NCBI GenBank assembly: GCA_036337435.1
Contig: JAYZEG010000058.1
Span: 64,001 to 128,000 of the forward strand
DNA from: Myxococcota bacterium
Lineage (GTDB): Bacteria; Myxococcota_A; Bradymonadia; UBA7976; UBA1532
DNA: 64,000 nucleotides
Direction: 5' to 3'
In this document: in pieces, positions 18,303 through 27,667 of the stretch
Position numbering within the stretch: position 1 is the stretch's first letter
Layout: each line of letters opens with the position of its first letter
Translations under genes and position numbers: made by a program
Notes under the pieces: model-generated
Told to the model about the DNA's origin: nothing
What the model saw: only the letters and a program-made list of their open reading frames with translations
Databases searched by the model: none

Positions 18303-19667
18303 TTAGCCGGTTGAGTTTATGAGCGTCCACGTTTCATCTGAATTTGGTCGGACGCATCCATCCATCACCAGCTTGTTCAAATGTGCGAGCAAAGATAAAC
18401 CTGCTAACCCACCCTTCGGACCGGAGCGCAACGGCAGGGGTGTATCGGAATAAACCTGCTCAACCAATTGCAGGAAATCGTCGGTCTTTCGCAAGGCATC
18501 TAGAAGACTTTGCTCACGAGCGAGTCGATGGTCGATATATTGATCTAGTTTCTCTATGGAGTTGGCAACATAGGGTCCGTGGCTTGGTAGTAAGCATGTC
18601 GGTGCACGGTCGCGAATTCTTCGCAAACTTTCTAGGTAGGAAGACATGCAGCCCTCAGTTGGTTCGACCAAAATTGATCCGAGTCCAGCCACCATGTCAC
18701 CGACGACCATCACGGCCGACCGCTGCTCGTAAAGACAGATGTGCCCCGGTGCATGCCCGGGTGTAAACAAGACCTCCCAGGCCTGACCATTCTCAAGCTC
18801 GATGACATCACCGTCATCTAGAAATTCATGGACCTCAAAGGCGACTCGATTTGCTGTTTCTCGGTGTGCCCAAATCGGCGCACCATATCGCTCGTGACAG
18901 TCTACCAGACCCCCGATATGGTCTCGATGATGATGGGTTGTAACAAACGCTTTAATCTCGCAACCTGACTGAATCCTATCATCCAAGTATTGGTAGAGAT
19001 CGGCACGGACCGTCGCGTCATATGCGGCAGGCTCAACAACCAGGAGTTCTTTATCTCCTAAAATATAACAGTTGGTATGAGTCGCTGGGGGCAAAGTCGG
19101 CGTTCTCAACGGGATCATCATCATATCGGGCTGAATGGGCGAAAATGTTGGTTCTCGGCCACTCGCTTCAGTGCTTTCAAGTGCTAACGTGGCACCCGAT
19201 ACACCAGCGCTCAGTAAGCCCTTGAGAATGGCTTGCGTGGGTGGAACGAGGCGAACGTTGCCGGACCGCCAGAGAGCCATTGCATCATGGGGCGTAATCC
19301 AACACCCATCAACCAGCTCATGACCGGGCACCACGTCTCGGAATACATCGGTATCGACCCACAGAGCATAAAAATGGGTTTCGAGGGGATAGACCAAATA
19401 TGGAGGCGTAATCCAGCGACCCAAGTACTCTAGTTTGTGCACAGACGAAGAGATGTCAGCCCCTGTCTCTTCCATAACTTCACGGATCAAACATGCCTTT
19501 AGACGCTGGTCTTTATCATCGAATGTGTCCGTCTCCGTGGAATCGACGAGTCCGCCAGGGAAAACATTGAAACTGGCCAAGAATGGCGCGGTTGGCCCCC
19601 GTCTCGCCCAGTAAATCATCGGGTTCTCTGGGTCTTTTAGTACAATTAAGGATGTAGCTAACCTCAA
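18303..19667 (-). CDS. NUDIX + metallo-beta-lactamase (LACTB2-like) fusion protein
   Basis: FPGG..REVMEETG Nudix box, WITP; PTLPPATHTN, THHHRDH, TPGHAPGH, GD, PSHG; C-terminal LAHLNKL winged-helix-like segment. Confidence 0.88.
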   Translation of the reverse strand: MRLATSLIVLKDPENPMIYWARRGPTAPFLASFNVFPGGLVDSTETDTFDDKDQRLKACLIREVMEETGADISSSVHKLEYLGRWITPPYLVYPLETHFYALWVDTDVFRDVVPGHELVDGCWITPHDAMALWRSGNVRLVPPTQAILKGLLSAGVSGATLALESTEASGREPTFSPIQPDMMMIPLRTPTLPPATHTNCYILGDKELLVVEPAAYDATVRADLYQYLDDRIQSGCEIKAFVTTHHHRDHIGGLVDCHERYGAPIWAHRETANRVAFEVHEFLDDGDVIELENGQAWEVLFTPGHAPGHICLYEQRSAVMVVGDMVAGLGSILVEPTEGCMSSYLESLRRIRDRAPTCLLPSHGPYVANSIEKLDQYIDHRLAREQSLLDALRKTDDFLQLVEQVYSDTPLPLRSGPKGGLAGLSLLAHLNKLVMDGCVRPNSDETWTLINSTG

Positions 19668-19816
19668 AACTCAGCCCCCATTTAGTTTTTTTGGTCGATG
19701 AAAGCCCAATCCAGAATTTTGACGATTAAAATCTTGGATGGTGGATAACCAGACAAGTATGGCCCCAATTGCTTTCTTTTTCAAAAGCTGGACAGTTTTT
19801 CAATTGCCGTTAAGCT

Positions 19817-20662
19817 GTGTATGTGGATACCAAACCTTATGATTTTGCCTTAAACGCAGCATCGTTTTTAACGAGTCGAGCAGACGCACCAGATTGCGCG
19901 GTCGTGCTCGGCAGTGGTCTAGGTGCATTCGCAGAACAACTTGTCGAACCAGACGTGATTTCCTATGGAGAAATTCCTGGTTTCCCCAAGGTCGGTGTTG
20001 CAGGTCATGCGGGACAACTGGTCGTGGGTCGGGTGGGACAAGACGGACCAAGGGTTGCAGCCCTTTCCGGCCGCGTTCATCTCTACGAGGGACACGACCC
20101 CAACCTAATCGTCCATCCGGTACGAACGCTGTCCCTCTGGGGCGTGAATACAATCGTTTTTACCAATGCAGCGGGCGCGATTCACACGCACCTCAAGCCG
20201 GGCGATCTTATGCTCATCAGCGATCACATTAATCTGACCGGACTGAATCCGTTGACCGGGCACAACGATGAGCGACTTGGTACCCGCTTCCCTGACATGA
20301 GTTACGCATATGACCGACACGTGACATCTTGTTTTCAGGACATCGCAAAAGAACAGAACATCCATGTCGGAGTTGGAGTTTACGCGGGGTTAAAGGGACC
20401 CTCGTATGAAACGCCTGCCGAAATTAGGATGCTGGGCACCATCGGTGCTGATGCCGTCGGGATGTCGACTGTTTGTGAAGTCATTGCGGCACGACATATG
20501 GGTATGACCGTGGCTGGTATTTCATGTATTACCAATTATGCAGCAGGGCTTTCGGACGATTTACTGGACCATTCTGAGGTGAAGGCAACAGCAGATATGG
20601 CGCGAAACAAATTCCTGAAGCTTCTCAATGGCGGCATCAAACGGATTCTGACCAAAGAATAA
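19817..20662 (+). CDS. punA: Purine nucleoside phosphorylase (trimeric type)
   Basis: VLGSGLG, GHAG, GRVHLYEG, TNAAG, GPSYETPAE, VGMST. Confidence 0.93.
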   Translation: MYVDTKPYDFALNAASFLTSRADAPDCAVVLGSGLGAFAEQLVEPDVISYGEIPGFPKVGVAGHAGQLVVGRVGQDGPRVAALSGRVHLYEGHDPNLIVHPVRTLSLWGVNTIVFTNAAGAIHTHLKPGDLMLISDHINLTGLNPLTGHNDERLGTRFPDMSYAYDRHVTSCFQDIAKEQNIHVGVGVYAGLKGPSYETPAEIRMLGTIGADAVGMSTVCEVIAARHMGMTVAGISCITNYAAGLSDDLLDHSEVKATADMARNKFLKLLNGGIKRILTKE

Positions 20663-20695
20663 AGCCCACTAAAAATGGGCTTCGGAGCCTTCGTT

Positions 20696-21031
20696 ATGAG
20701 CACTATTTTCAGTAAAATAATAGCGGGTGAAATTCCGTCAGACCAGGTCTACTCCGATGACCTATGTGTCGCTTTTCGAGATATTAACCCGGCCGCACCT
20801 GTCCATATTTTAGTCATTCCAAGACAAGAGATCGCACAGCTAAACCACATGACCGAAGACGACGAAGAACTGGTTGGGCATTTAATGCGTGTCGCTGGGA
20901 TAGTCGCACGACAAGAGGGCTATGACGACTTCCGCGTGATCGTGAATAATGGTGCTGGCGCGGGCCAAACTGTTTTTCATCTGCACCTACACGTCATCGC
21001 AGGACGCTCCCTGAGTTGGCCTCCAGGATGA
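20696..21031 (+). CDS. hinT: Histidine triad (HIT/HinT) nucleotide-binding protein
   Basis: TIFSKII, FRDINP, GQTVFHLHLH, C-terminal WPPG. Confidence 0.92.
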   Translation: MSTIFSKIIAGEIPSDQVYSDDLCVAFRDINPAAPVHILVIPRQEIAQLNHMTEDDEELVGHLMRVAGIVARQEGYDDFRVIVNNGAGAGQTVFHLHLHVIAGRSLSWPPG

Positions 21032-21033
21032 AA

Positions 21034-21879
21034 TTAGCCGTCGATACTCACAAGAGAGCCGTCTTCTGCACTGCTCTTACAAGCTTGTGTGTCAAGGTCG
21101 GTCGCAGTTGTCCGACTTGAACTGAGTGTTGGATCTAGTAAATGGGTCGGTCTCACATTCTTTAAAGACGCCAACATAACATCTCGAACATTGGGTATTT
21201 GCTCTTCAAGTTGATCTAAAAGATCCCCCATTTTGACCCGTTGTAGTCCCGCCTGAGACCCACACAAATTACAGGGTAAAATTGGAAAAGCTCTCTTCTG
21301 CGAATAGGTTTCTATATCGTTTTCTGCGCATTCGATGAGAGGTCTAATCACCTGGAATCGGCCATCGTCGGTCGTATAGACAGGCGGCATAGCTTGGAGT
21401 TTCCCAGAGAAAAACATGTTCATCATGACGGTCTCAAGGGTGTCATCTCTATGGTGGCCAAGCGCGATTTTGTTGCAGCCAAGGCGCTCTGCTGTCGTAT
21501 ACAGGATGCCACGCCGTAACCGAGAACATGGCGCACAAAAGGTGCCACCTGGCTTAGTCAATTCCAACACAACTGAATATGTATCCTGGCGCACGATTTC
21601 ATAGGGGCAGTTGAAGTTTTCAAGCCAATTCTCGAGGGGGCGGCCGTCATATCCGGGTTGATTCTGGTCAAGGTGAACGGCAATCAATTCGAACTTAAAA
21701 GGCGACCGTTTCTGAACGCCGCATAGTAAATCAAGCATGGTGTAGCTGTCTTTACCACCAGACACCCCAACCATAATTTTATCACCCGGTTCTATAAGTT
21801 GAAAACCCTTAATCGTCCTCATCATTCGCCGAGTAAGTCGTCGACGCAAGGTCTCAATATCTTCGGATTGATTCTTCAT
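21034..21879 (-). CDS. ttcA: tRNA 2-thiocytidine(32) synthetase
   Basis: SGGKDS PP-loop, CAPCSRLRRG, LGHHRDD, PCNLCGSQ. Confidence 0.93.
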   Translation of the reverse strand: MKNQSEDIETLRRRLTRRMMRTIKGFQLIEPGDKIMVGVSGGKDSYTMLDLLCGVQKRSPFKFELIAVHLDQNQPGYDGRPLENWLENFNCPYEIVRQDTYSVVLELTKPGGTFCAPCSRLRRGILYTTAERLGCNKIALGHHRDDTLETVMMNMFFSGKLQAMPPVYTTDDGRFQVIRPLIECAENDIETYSQKRAFPILPCNLCGSQAGLQRVKMGDLLDQLEEQIPNVRDVMLASLKNVRPTHLLDPTLSSSRTTATDLDTQACKSSAEDGSLVSIDG

Positions 21880-21971
21880 TTCTACCCATTCTTAGCGCGG
21901 TAGGTAAGCTGTGCGAGTATTCATAATCTGAGCAATAAAGCAAGGTACAGGCGTCTAGGGAGAGGCTAGGA

Positions 21972-23306
21972 TCAGTGGATACAGGGCGTCAGGCATCTAC
22001 GCTTTAGATTCTTTTGGTACAATTGAAATCCAGGCCATGGCGGTTCCGAAAGTCCTAAATGGCTGTACCAGTCAGGGGAACACAAATCCCCAATTCTAAA
22101 TGCACGTCCAGTCCAGCTGCCCTCCAGAGTAATTGGCCTTAATTCGGGTATGCACCAGTTCCGCCTCATTGTTGATAGAGCAACTAAATTCCATAGCCCC
22201 TCTTTCAAAATCACCTCCCGCTTAGGTCTCTGGCCATCTCCAATAGATGCATGATTAAGCCTGATGTAGGGATCATGGCGGGCATAGAGGGGCGGAATAA
22301 GAAGAGAGTTGTAACAATCTCTATCAATACGGAGATTGCTGAGCATCGCAGCAGCGTGTTGATATTGTAGGCCAAAATAGGGCGTTAATCCGTGTCCAAT
22401 CCAAAAAATAAAAATGAGTTTCACGTAAATCGGCTCTGGTTTGAGTTGGACCAAATGCCCTGAAGGCTTCTCGAGGATCAGGCCAATAGACAAGGTGACA
22501 GAGCCAAAGAACAAGGCCGCTTTTAAAACGGTCATCACACTTGGAATCTGCTGACTGAGCAAACCCTCAACGGCGATTAAGGACGCGATTGAAACGGATA
22601 AAACCGTCTTTCTTCTGCAAATCAAGTGACGGATCAAGACCATCTGACGACCATTTAAGGTAGCGCAATAACCGCTGAGCATGACCAAACCGAAGGCGGG
22701 TGCAAGCGTCACCGTGAGACCCCAATGAAAGAGGCAGCCAACAGGCCAAACCAAAAGGCTTCGACGCACTATCAAAACGCCGATTATACATTCGATTCCA
22801 ATGACCAAAATCGACAATTCCACGCCAAGGTCAGTCGGTAAAGAAGCCCATTGCCAATGGGAATCGAGCTGGCGAAGTGCATGATGGGCGCAACTAATTT
22901 CTGGGTTGAAGAAATCGCGATTCATTTTGTGTAAAGCAGCAAGCCAATAGGTGCCGGCCGTCAGCCATCGAACAATAGCCATGAGCTCAATGCGGTGTAC
23001 CACTGTTGCCATGCAGGAGAAAAATCCAACCCAAGTGAGATACATGGATTGCGTGAGCACATCTCTCAAGAAAAAGAGGGGATAAAGAGTACCGAGTGTA
23101 CAGAGAAGAAAACCCCATGCGGTCGGTCTCCACAAAAGTAATAATGCGCCAACTGTTTCAACGATTTGGGGTGCAGCCCAACCGGGCTGTTCAAAGTCGG
23201 GTAGGCAAACATGGATGAGACTACCGACTGCAAATGCACGTGCCCACCAACGCAATTTATCGTGCGTCAAGAGCCATGCGGGAGAGAATGTATGAGTTAG
23301 AGCCAT
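21972..23306 (-). CDS. Polytopic membrane protein, HTTM-like
   Basis: Multiple TM segments; YWLAALHKMNRDF, FH, PYFG, MLSNL motifs resemble HTTM-domain proteins. Confidence 0.6.
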   Translation of the reverse strand: MALTHTFSPAWLLTHDKLRWWARAFAVGSLIHVCLPDFEQPGWAAPQIVETVGALLLLWRPTAWGFLLCTLGTLYPLFFLRDVLTQSMYLTWVGFFSCMATVVHRIELMAIVRWLTAGTYWLAALHKMNRDFFNPEISCAHHALRQLDSHWQWASLPTDLGVELSILVIGIECIIGVLIVRRSLLVWPVGCLFHWGLTVTLAPAFGLVMLSGYCATLNGRQMVLIRHLICRRKTVLSVSIASLIAVEGLLSQQIPSVMTVLKAALFFGSVTLSIGLILEKPSGHLVQLKPEPIYVKLIFIFWIGHGLTPYFGLQYQHAAAMLSNLRIDRDCYNSLLIPPLYARHDPYIRLNHASIGDGQRPKREVILKEGLWNLVALSTMRRNWCIPELRPITLEGSWTGRAFRIGDLCSPDWYSHLGLSEPPWPGFQLYQKNLKRRCLTPCIH

Positions 23307-23355
23307 GAAATGCTTATACTGCGACCGACACGATTGACGATAGGGGTCTCGGCCT

Positions 23356-23865
23356 ATGGATGATCAGTTTATCTCCGTTGGAACAGCAGTTATCACCGTT
23401 TCGGACACCCGCTCGATGGAGACCGATGCATCGGGGGCTTATGCACAAGCCACATTAGAGGACATGGGTCATCGAGTGCTCCATCGGCGGATCATCAAAG
23501 ATGAGGTGGCAGCAATTCGATCTGAAATCGAGTTCTGTCAGCAACGGCAAGATATCTTCATTGTGATACTCACAGGCGGGACGGGCATCACGCGACGCGA
23601 TGTGACACCGGATGCTATCCGTTCAATGGCAACCAAACACATACCGGGGTTTGGAGAACTCTTTCGCATGCTGAGCTACTCAGATATCGGAAGTTCTACA
23701 GTCCAATCGAGAGCAGAGGCTTGGTTGTGTGACACCGTCCTTGTGTTTACTCTTCCAGGCTCGACTGGCGCCGTGAAGCTTGCATTCGAGAAGATTCTGG
23801 TGGAACAGCTTGATGCGCGCACTCGGCCGTGTAACTTCATCCGACTGAGAGACCGGATCATTTAA
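23356..23865 (+). CDS. moaB: Molybdenum cofactor biosynthesis protein B (MogA/MoaB)
   Basis: [38 protein letters not shown]. Confidence 0.92.
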   Translation: MDDQFISVGTAVITVSDTRSMETDASGAYAQATLEDMGHRVLHRRIIKDEVAAIRSEIEFCQQRQDIFIVILTGGTGITRRDVTPDAIRSMATKHIPGFGELFRMLSYSDIGSSTVQSRAEAWLCDTVLVFTLPGSTGAVKLAFEKILVEQLDARTRPCNFIRLRDRII

Positions 23866-23901
23866 TGACGGGTCGGGCGGAGAGCATCCGCGAGCTGTCT
23901 G

Positions 23902-25386
23902 CTACCGTTTGGAATCGTATGACTTGGACCCTTTCTTGGAGCGTATTCTTGGCGTTCTTGATTTTCGGCTCGCTCGTCTCTTTTTGTTGATCATGTCAAG
24001 CATGTCTTGCGCCCGAGTTGCATAGGGTGAGTTCTTACCAGAAAGTCGGATCAGGTAGCGACGTGCTGCCGAAAATTGCCCGAGTGAGTGGTGACAGGTT
24101 GCCAACTGAAAATACGCGTATTGCTTTTGTGCGCTCGATAGTTTTTTTCCACCATCGTCCAAATATTGCTTCCAAATTGTAATCGCTTGGCGATATTGGC
24201 CACCGGCCACAGCTTGGGTGCCCGACGCCGCGAGCGCCGCCAACGATCGACCCCGATCTGTGCGACCAAGAACTGCGCTTCCTGCCTCGCCTTTAGCCGA
24301 ATTGACACTCGGACCCCGGCTCGACCGAGACGAGGGCTCTGAAGACCGACGAAGCCCGTCTGCACTTTCCGAGTCAACGTTGCCGCGCCCCGAGGCTTCC
24401 TTTGAGGGTGCCAATTCTGGCCTACCGTCCTCGAGGGGGATGGACACGGATGCCGATGGTGCGGGCGGTGGAGCAAATCTTTGGGGGCTCCCCTTTCTCG
24501 TGCCTGTTTTCTGTTTGGGTGACTTGACGCCCAAGATACCCGTCATTGGTGCTGCGCCCGGAGCGGTGGCATTCGATTGTCCTGCAGGGACACTGCGAGC
24601 GGCTGCTTTCTTGGCCTTTCGCACTCGTTTTTTTGCACGAGAGCGGACCGATTTGGTCGGTTCATAAGACCGTTCTTGACCAAGCTCGGTTTCGTCAATC
24701 GCTGTATCTAATTCTAGCGACGCTTCAGCGTTAGCAGCCAGTGCAGCGGCCGGAGCGTCTAATTCTCCAATAGGAGAGCGAGCCAAGCGATTTGAGTTCC
24801 TGGAGGGTCTGGGTGTGCGAGCTGCTCGTGCTTTTGTTTCTTCTTCAGAACTGGTCTGTAACGCTGGTTTCGCGGCGGCACCCACCTGTTTTGCCTTACC
24901 GGCAGGACGAGCTGCCGGTTTCGCGGCGGGCAAGGCGGGCGGCTTTGATTTGGCGGCAGGGCGACCTGACGGTTTCGCGGCGGGTAAAGCGGACGGCTTC
25001 ATCTCGCCTACGAGCACGGTCCCATCCCCTTCCTGTAAACCATCTTTAAAGATGGAAAAGACAGCACCGCCGATAATAAACAGACCCAAAGCCGCGAATG
25101 CAGGATTTTGGAGCAGCATGAAGAAACGCTCAAAAAGGCCGGGGCCTTTGTCTGCAGATGCTTGTTGTCGAGCCACTCGAAGAATTTCGTAATGAACAGC
25201 TGGATCCGGTTCCTCCAACGGTAATTCATCCATCACGGCATAAACGTGATTCCAATCGTCGTAAGTCTCTTTCAGTTCAGCATTGGCCTCAAGCTCTTGG
25301 CGTAGAGCATCAGCCTCATCATGCTTAAGTTCGCCGTAAAGAAGCTCGACCAGGCGGTTTTCCATATCTTGCTTGCTGTCAGACAT
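23902..25386 (-). CDS. Putative membrane anti-sigma factor with long disordered linker and C-terminal TPR
   Basis: LVELLYGEL ASD-like N-terminus, one TM, P/A/K/R-rich linker, TPR-like AYFQLATCHHSLG; directly downstream of ECF sigma. Confidence 0.7.
   Translation of the reverse strand: MSDSKQDMENRLVELLYGELKHDEADALRQELEANAELKETYDDWNHVYAVMDELPLEEPDPAVHYEILRVARQQASADKGPGLFERFFMLLQNPAFAALGLFIIGGAVFSIFKDGLQEGDGTVLVGEMKPSALPAAKPSGRPAAKSKPPALPAAKPAARPAGKAKQVGAAAKPALQTSSEEETKARAARTPRPSRNSNRLARSPIGELDAPAAALAANAEASLELDTAIDETELGQERSYEPTKSVRSRAKKRVRKAKKAAARSVPAGQSNATAPGAAPMTGILGVKSPKQKTGTRKGSPQRFAPPPAPSASVSIPLEDGRPELAPSKEASGRGNVDSESADGLRRSSEPSSRSSRGPSVNSAKGEAGSAVLGRTDRGRSLAALAASGTQAVAGGQYRQAITIWKQYLDDGGKKLSSAQKQYAYFQLATCHHSLGQFSAARRYLIRLSGKNSPYATRAQDMLDMINKKRRASRKSRTPRIRSKKGSKSYDSKR
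24900..25000 (-). repeat. Imperfect 2 x 54-bp in-frame repeat (KPxALPAAKPxxRPAxK)
   Basis: ggtttcgcggcggg at 24927 and 24981 (54-bp period). Confidence 0.75.
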
Positions 25387-25415
25387 GTGTTCCCACCTCG
25401 AACGGTCTTCGATAT

Positions 25416-26042
25416 TTATTGTTCCGAAGCATAATCCGCCAATAATTCTCTCAAGTTCTCAAATGCGTATCGCATCCGACTCTTAATAGTGTTCTCAGAC
25501 GTGCCAAGCAATTCGGCGATTTCCCGAAAACGCATCTGATCGACATGTCTCAGTACAAAAACCTCACGCTGTTTGTCGTTAAGACGCTCCAAAGCGGCGA
25601 TGAGTCGCTCTTGTAATTGAGATGAGCTAACCGCTTTGTACCCATCATCATGACTCCCCGCGATTCTATCTTTTGCTGCAAATCCACCGTCTCCACGGCT
25701 GGAACTCTGTTCGAAACTCACGCCACCAGAACGCACACGATCTTTGCGGAGCTGATCGATACAAAGGTTTCTAGCGATCGTATAAAGCCATGTCTTGAAC
25801 TTAGCCCGCCTATCATACCTATCTGCGTTTTTGACAACTTTGAGAAAAGTCTCTTGCAAGAGATCATTGGCTCTTTCGCGCGTCCCTACGTACCGCAAGA
25901 TATAATTGAAGAGCTTTCGCTCATAACGCTTTAGCAGCGTCTCAAATGCATCCACATCTCCATCCCGATATCTTTCGATAAGCGTCTCGTCTGAAACTTG
26001 ATCAAATGAATCCCCGAGGACCATCAGGATAAAGCTCAGCAT
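25416..26042 (-). CDS. ECF RNA polymerase sigma factor
   Basis: GDVDAFETL, DLLQETF, FKTWLYTIARN region 2; REVFVL..EIAELLG..TIKSR region 4. Confidence 0.93.
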   Translation of the reverse strand: MLSFILMVLGDSFDQVSDETLIERYRDGDVDAFETLLKRYERKLFNYILRYVGTRERANDLLQETFLKVVKNADRYDRRAKFKTWLYTIARNLCIDQLRKDRVRSGGVSFEQSSSRGDGGFAAKDRIAGSHDDGYKAVSSSQLQERLIAALERLNDKQREVFVLRHVDQMRFREIAELLGTSENTIKSRMRYAFENLRELLADYASEQ

Positions 26043-26058
26043 TTGACTGTCCCCACTT

Positions 26059-26086
26059 TATACGTGCGACAAATCAGCATGGGTCT
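26059..26086 (-). promoter_or_regulatory. Candidate ECF autoregulatory promoter AGACCC-N16-CGTATA
   Basis: Minus strand agaccc-atgctgatttgtcgca-cgtata just upstream of the GGGG SD and ATG of the sigma gene. Confidence 0.4.
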
Positions 26087-26120
26087 AATGGAGATCATTT
26101 TTTCAGGATTAATCCTTTGA

Positions 26121-26858
26121 TCACGATGTCCGTCTATTGGTGTCTGGCTTCAAGAGTTCGCTCACGTCTAACTGCCCCTTCTCAATCAGGCGGTCCATCA
26201 GACGCACCAAGAGAATATCTCTGACTGAATCTGACTGTTCGAGACAGGCACGAAGTGCTTTTCGGCCCTTCTGAGGATCGAGTTCAACCATTTCTTGCCC
26301 GGCAATATAGGGACCGAGCATATTTTCGAAAGCATCAAAAAACGGTGTTGCTTCCGATTCTATTTTTTCCCCTTCGTCGCTCTCATTTATGTCCTCAGGG
26401 GCGATACCCATAAGGGGTTCGAAGGGGCATTGATAAGCTTTAACGATCGCCGAACAGATGTCTGATGGTGTCGTGATCAGCGGGCGGATTCTTAAACCGG
26501 TTTTTCGATAGACCGCTCGAATCGTATGAACATCTAAAGGGTTTGCCATGGCCAGCAAAAGGAACTGAAAACCGTCTAAATAAAGGATCTCAATTGGGAA
26601 AATTAAGTAGCGTCGACAGTCCTCGGCCGACAGTTTTTGGATTGCGCCTGGTTCTGCGACGCAGTCATCAAGTGATACCCGTGCGAGCCTCAAATGTTTT
26701 GATAAACCCCGAACAAGTGGCTCTTCCTCAACAAGCTCAGCACCGACAAAACTCTCTATCAAGGCGCGATTGAATGTTCTCGAATGAGCCTCAGCCGCAA
26801 CAATCGAGTGCGAGTTGGCCATGTTTGCATTATGTAGAAAGGCACTTAATGCCATCAT
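26121..26858 (-). CDS. Stand-alone GspE/PilB N-terminal (T2SSE_N/MshEN-like) domain protein
   Basis: CRRYLIFPI, LLLAMANPLD, TGLRIRP..TTPSDI; no ATPase domain. Confidence 0.75.
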   Translation of the reverse strand: MMALSAFLHNANMANSHSIVAAEAHSRTFNRALIESFVGAELVEEEPLVRGLSKHLRLARVSLDDCVAEPGAIQKLSAEDCRRYLIFPIEILYLDGFQFLLLAMANPLDVHTIRAVYRKTGLRIRPLITTPSDICSAIVKAYQCPFEPLMGIAPEDINESDEGEKIESEATPFFDAFENMLGPYIAGQEMVELDPQKGRKALRACLEQSDSVRDILLVRLMDRLIEKGQLDVSELLKPDTNRRTS

Positions 26859-26896
26859 TGAGCGATCCTCTTAAGTCCATTTGACGTGACATCAAC

Positions 26897-27667
26897 CTAT
26901 GGGATTGGTTCCACAACAATGCCGCGAGGCGGACTTAACGTAAAGACTTCTGATGCCAACCGTGGATTCAGCGATGAATCTTTGATCGTCATGTCGATAC
27001 TGAGGTCTTCATCGGGCACTTCGAAACGAACGCGTCTGGGAATCACATCATCCCCAGTCCCCGAGTAATCGCCCATCCTGACCTTGTACAAGACACGACC
27101 ATTTAAGCGCGTTTCTAATCGGGTCACACGATAATATTCCGGCTCAAAATGAATCATTTGCATGAGTGCTTCTGATGTCAAATGAACTCGATATCGGCCT
27201 GTTTTTGAGTCCCAATGCAATTTCGTTTGCTCGGCTCGAATTCGCGGTATTGCGCCACGTAAGAGTGACGCGAGTTCGGGCGGGGACATGGGTACGGGAA
27301 GTAATCGGGACAGTGCTGTTTGTGTGACTGGACCTAAGAAGAAGCGTCCTTCCTTGGAGTCGAAGATCATAAGTCTGGATCCATCACTGGCAAGGGTCAT
27401 GAGCGGATTCCCAAATGGTGAAATTACCTCAATGCGCAGTCGACCTTGATCATCCGCAGCCAAATACTGACGCAACTTAACCCTCTCGCCCCTTTGCCAA
27501 ATCTCAACATCGAGTTCTGCCGTTAGACTCCTCAGTGCGGCATCCCGTCGGTCAATGGAAGTGAGCAGAGGACCCGGCTCATTCAGTGCGTTGCGAGGCT
27601 TGGGAAAGCCACCGCAGCCCATGATTATCAAAACAGAAAAGATGGTCAGTTTTGGATTTTTTTCCAT
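26897..27667 (-). CDS. LolB/LolA-like (DUF4292-type) lipoprotein
   Basis: Lipobox IMGC; LRIEVISPFG, beta-rich core, IPRRVRF, C-terminal FTLSPP. Confidence 0.7.
   Translation of the reverse strand: MEKNPKLTIFSVLIIMGCGGFPKPRNALNEPGPLLTSIDRRDAALRSLTAELDVEIWQRGERVKLRQYLAADDQGRLRIEVISPFGNPLMTLASDGSRLMIFDSKEGRFFLGPVTQTALSRLLPVPMSPPELASLLRGAIPRIRAEQTKLHWDSKTGRYRVHLTSEALMQMIHFEPEYYRVTRLETRLNGRVLYKVRMGDYSGTGDDVIPRRVRFEVPDEDLSIDMTIKDSSLNPRLASEVFTLSPPRGIVVEPIP

Noticed and set aside
17196..18314. Long alternative-frame and antisense ORFs within the rne tail
   Set aside because: Expected from stop-poor low-complexity sequence; no independent motifs or SD.
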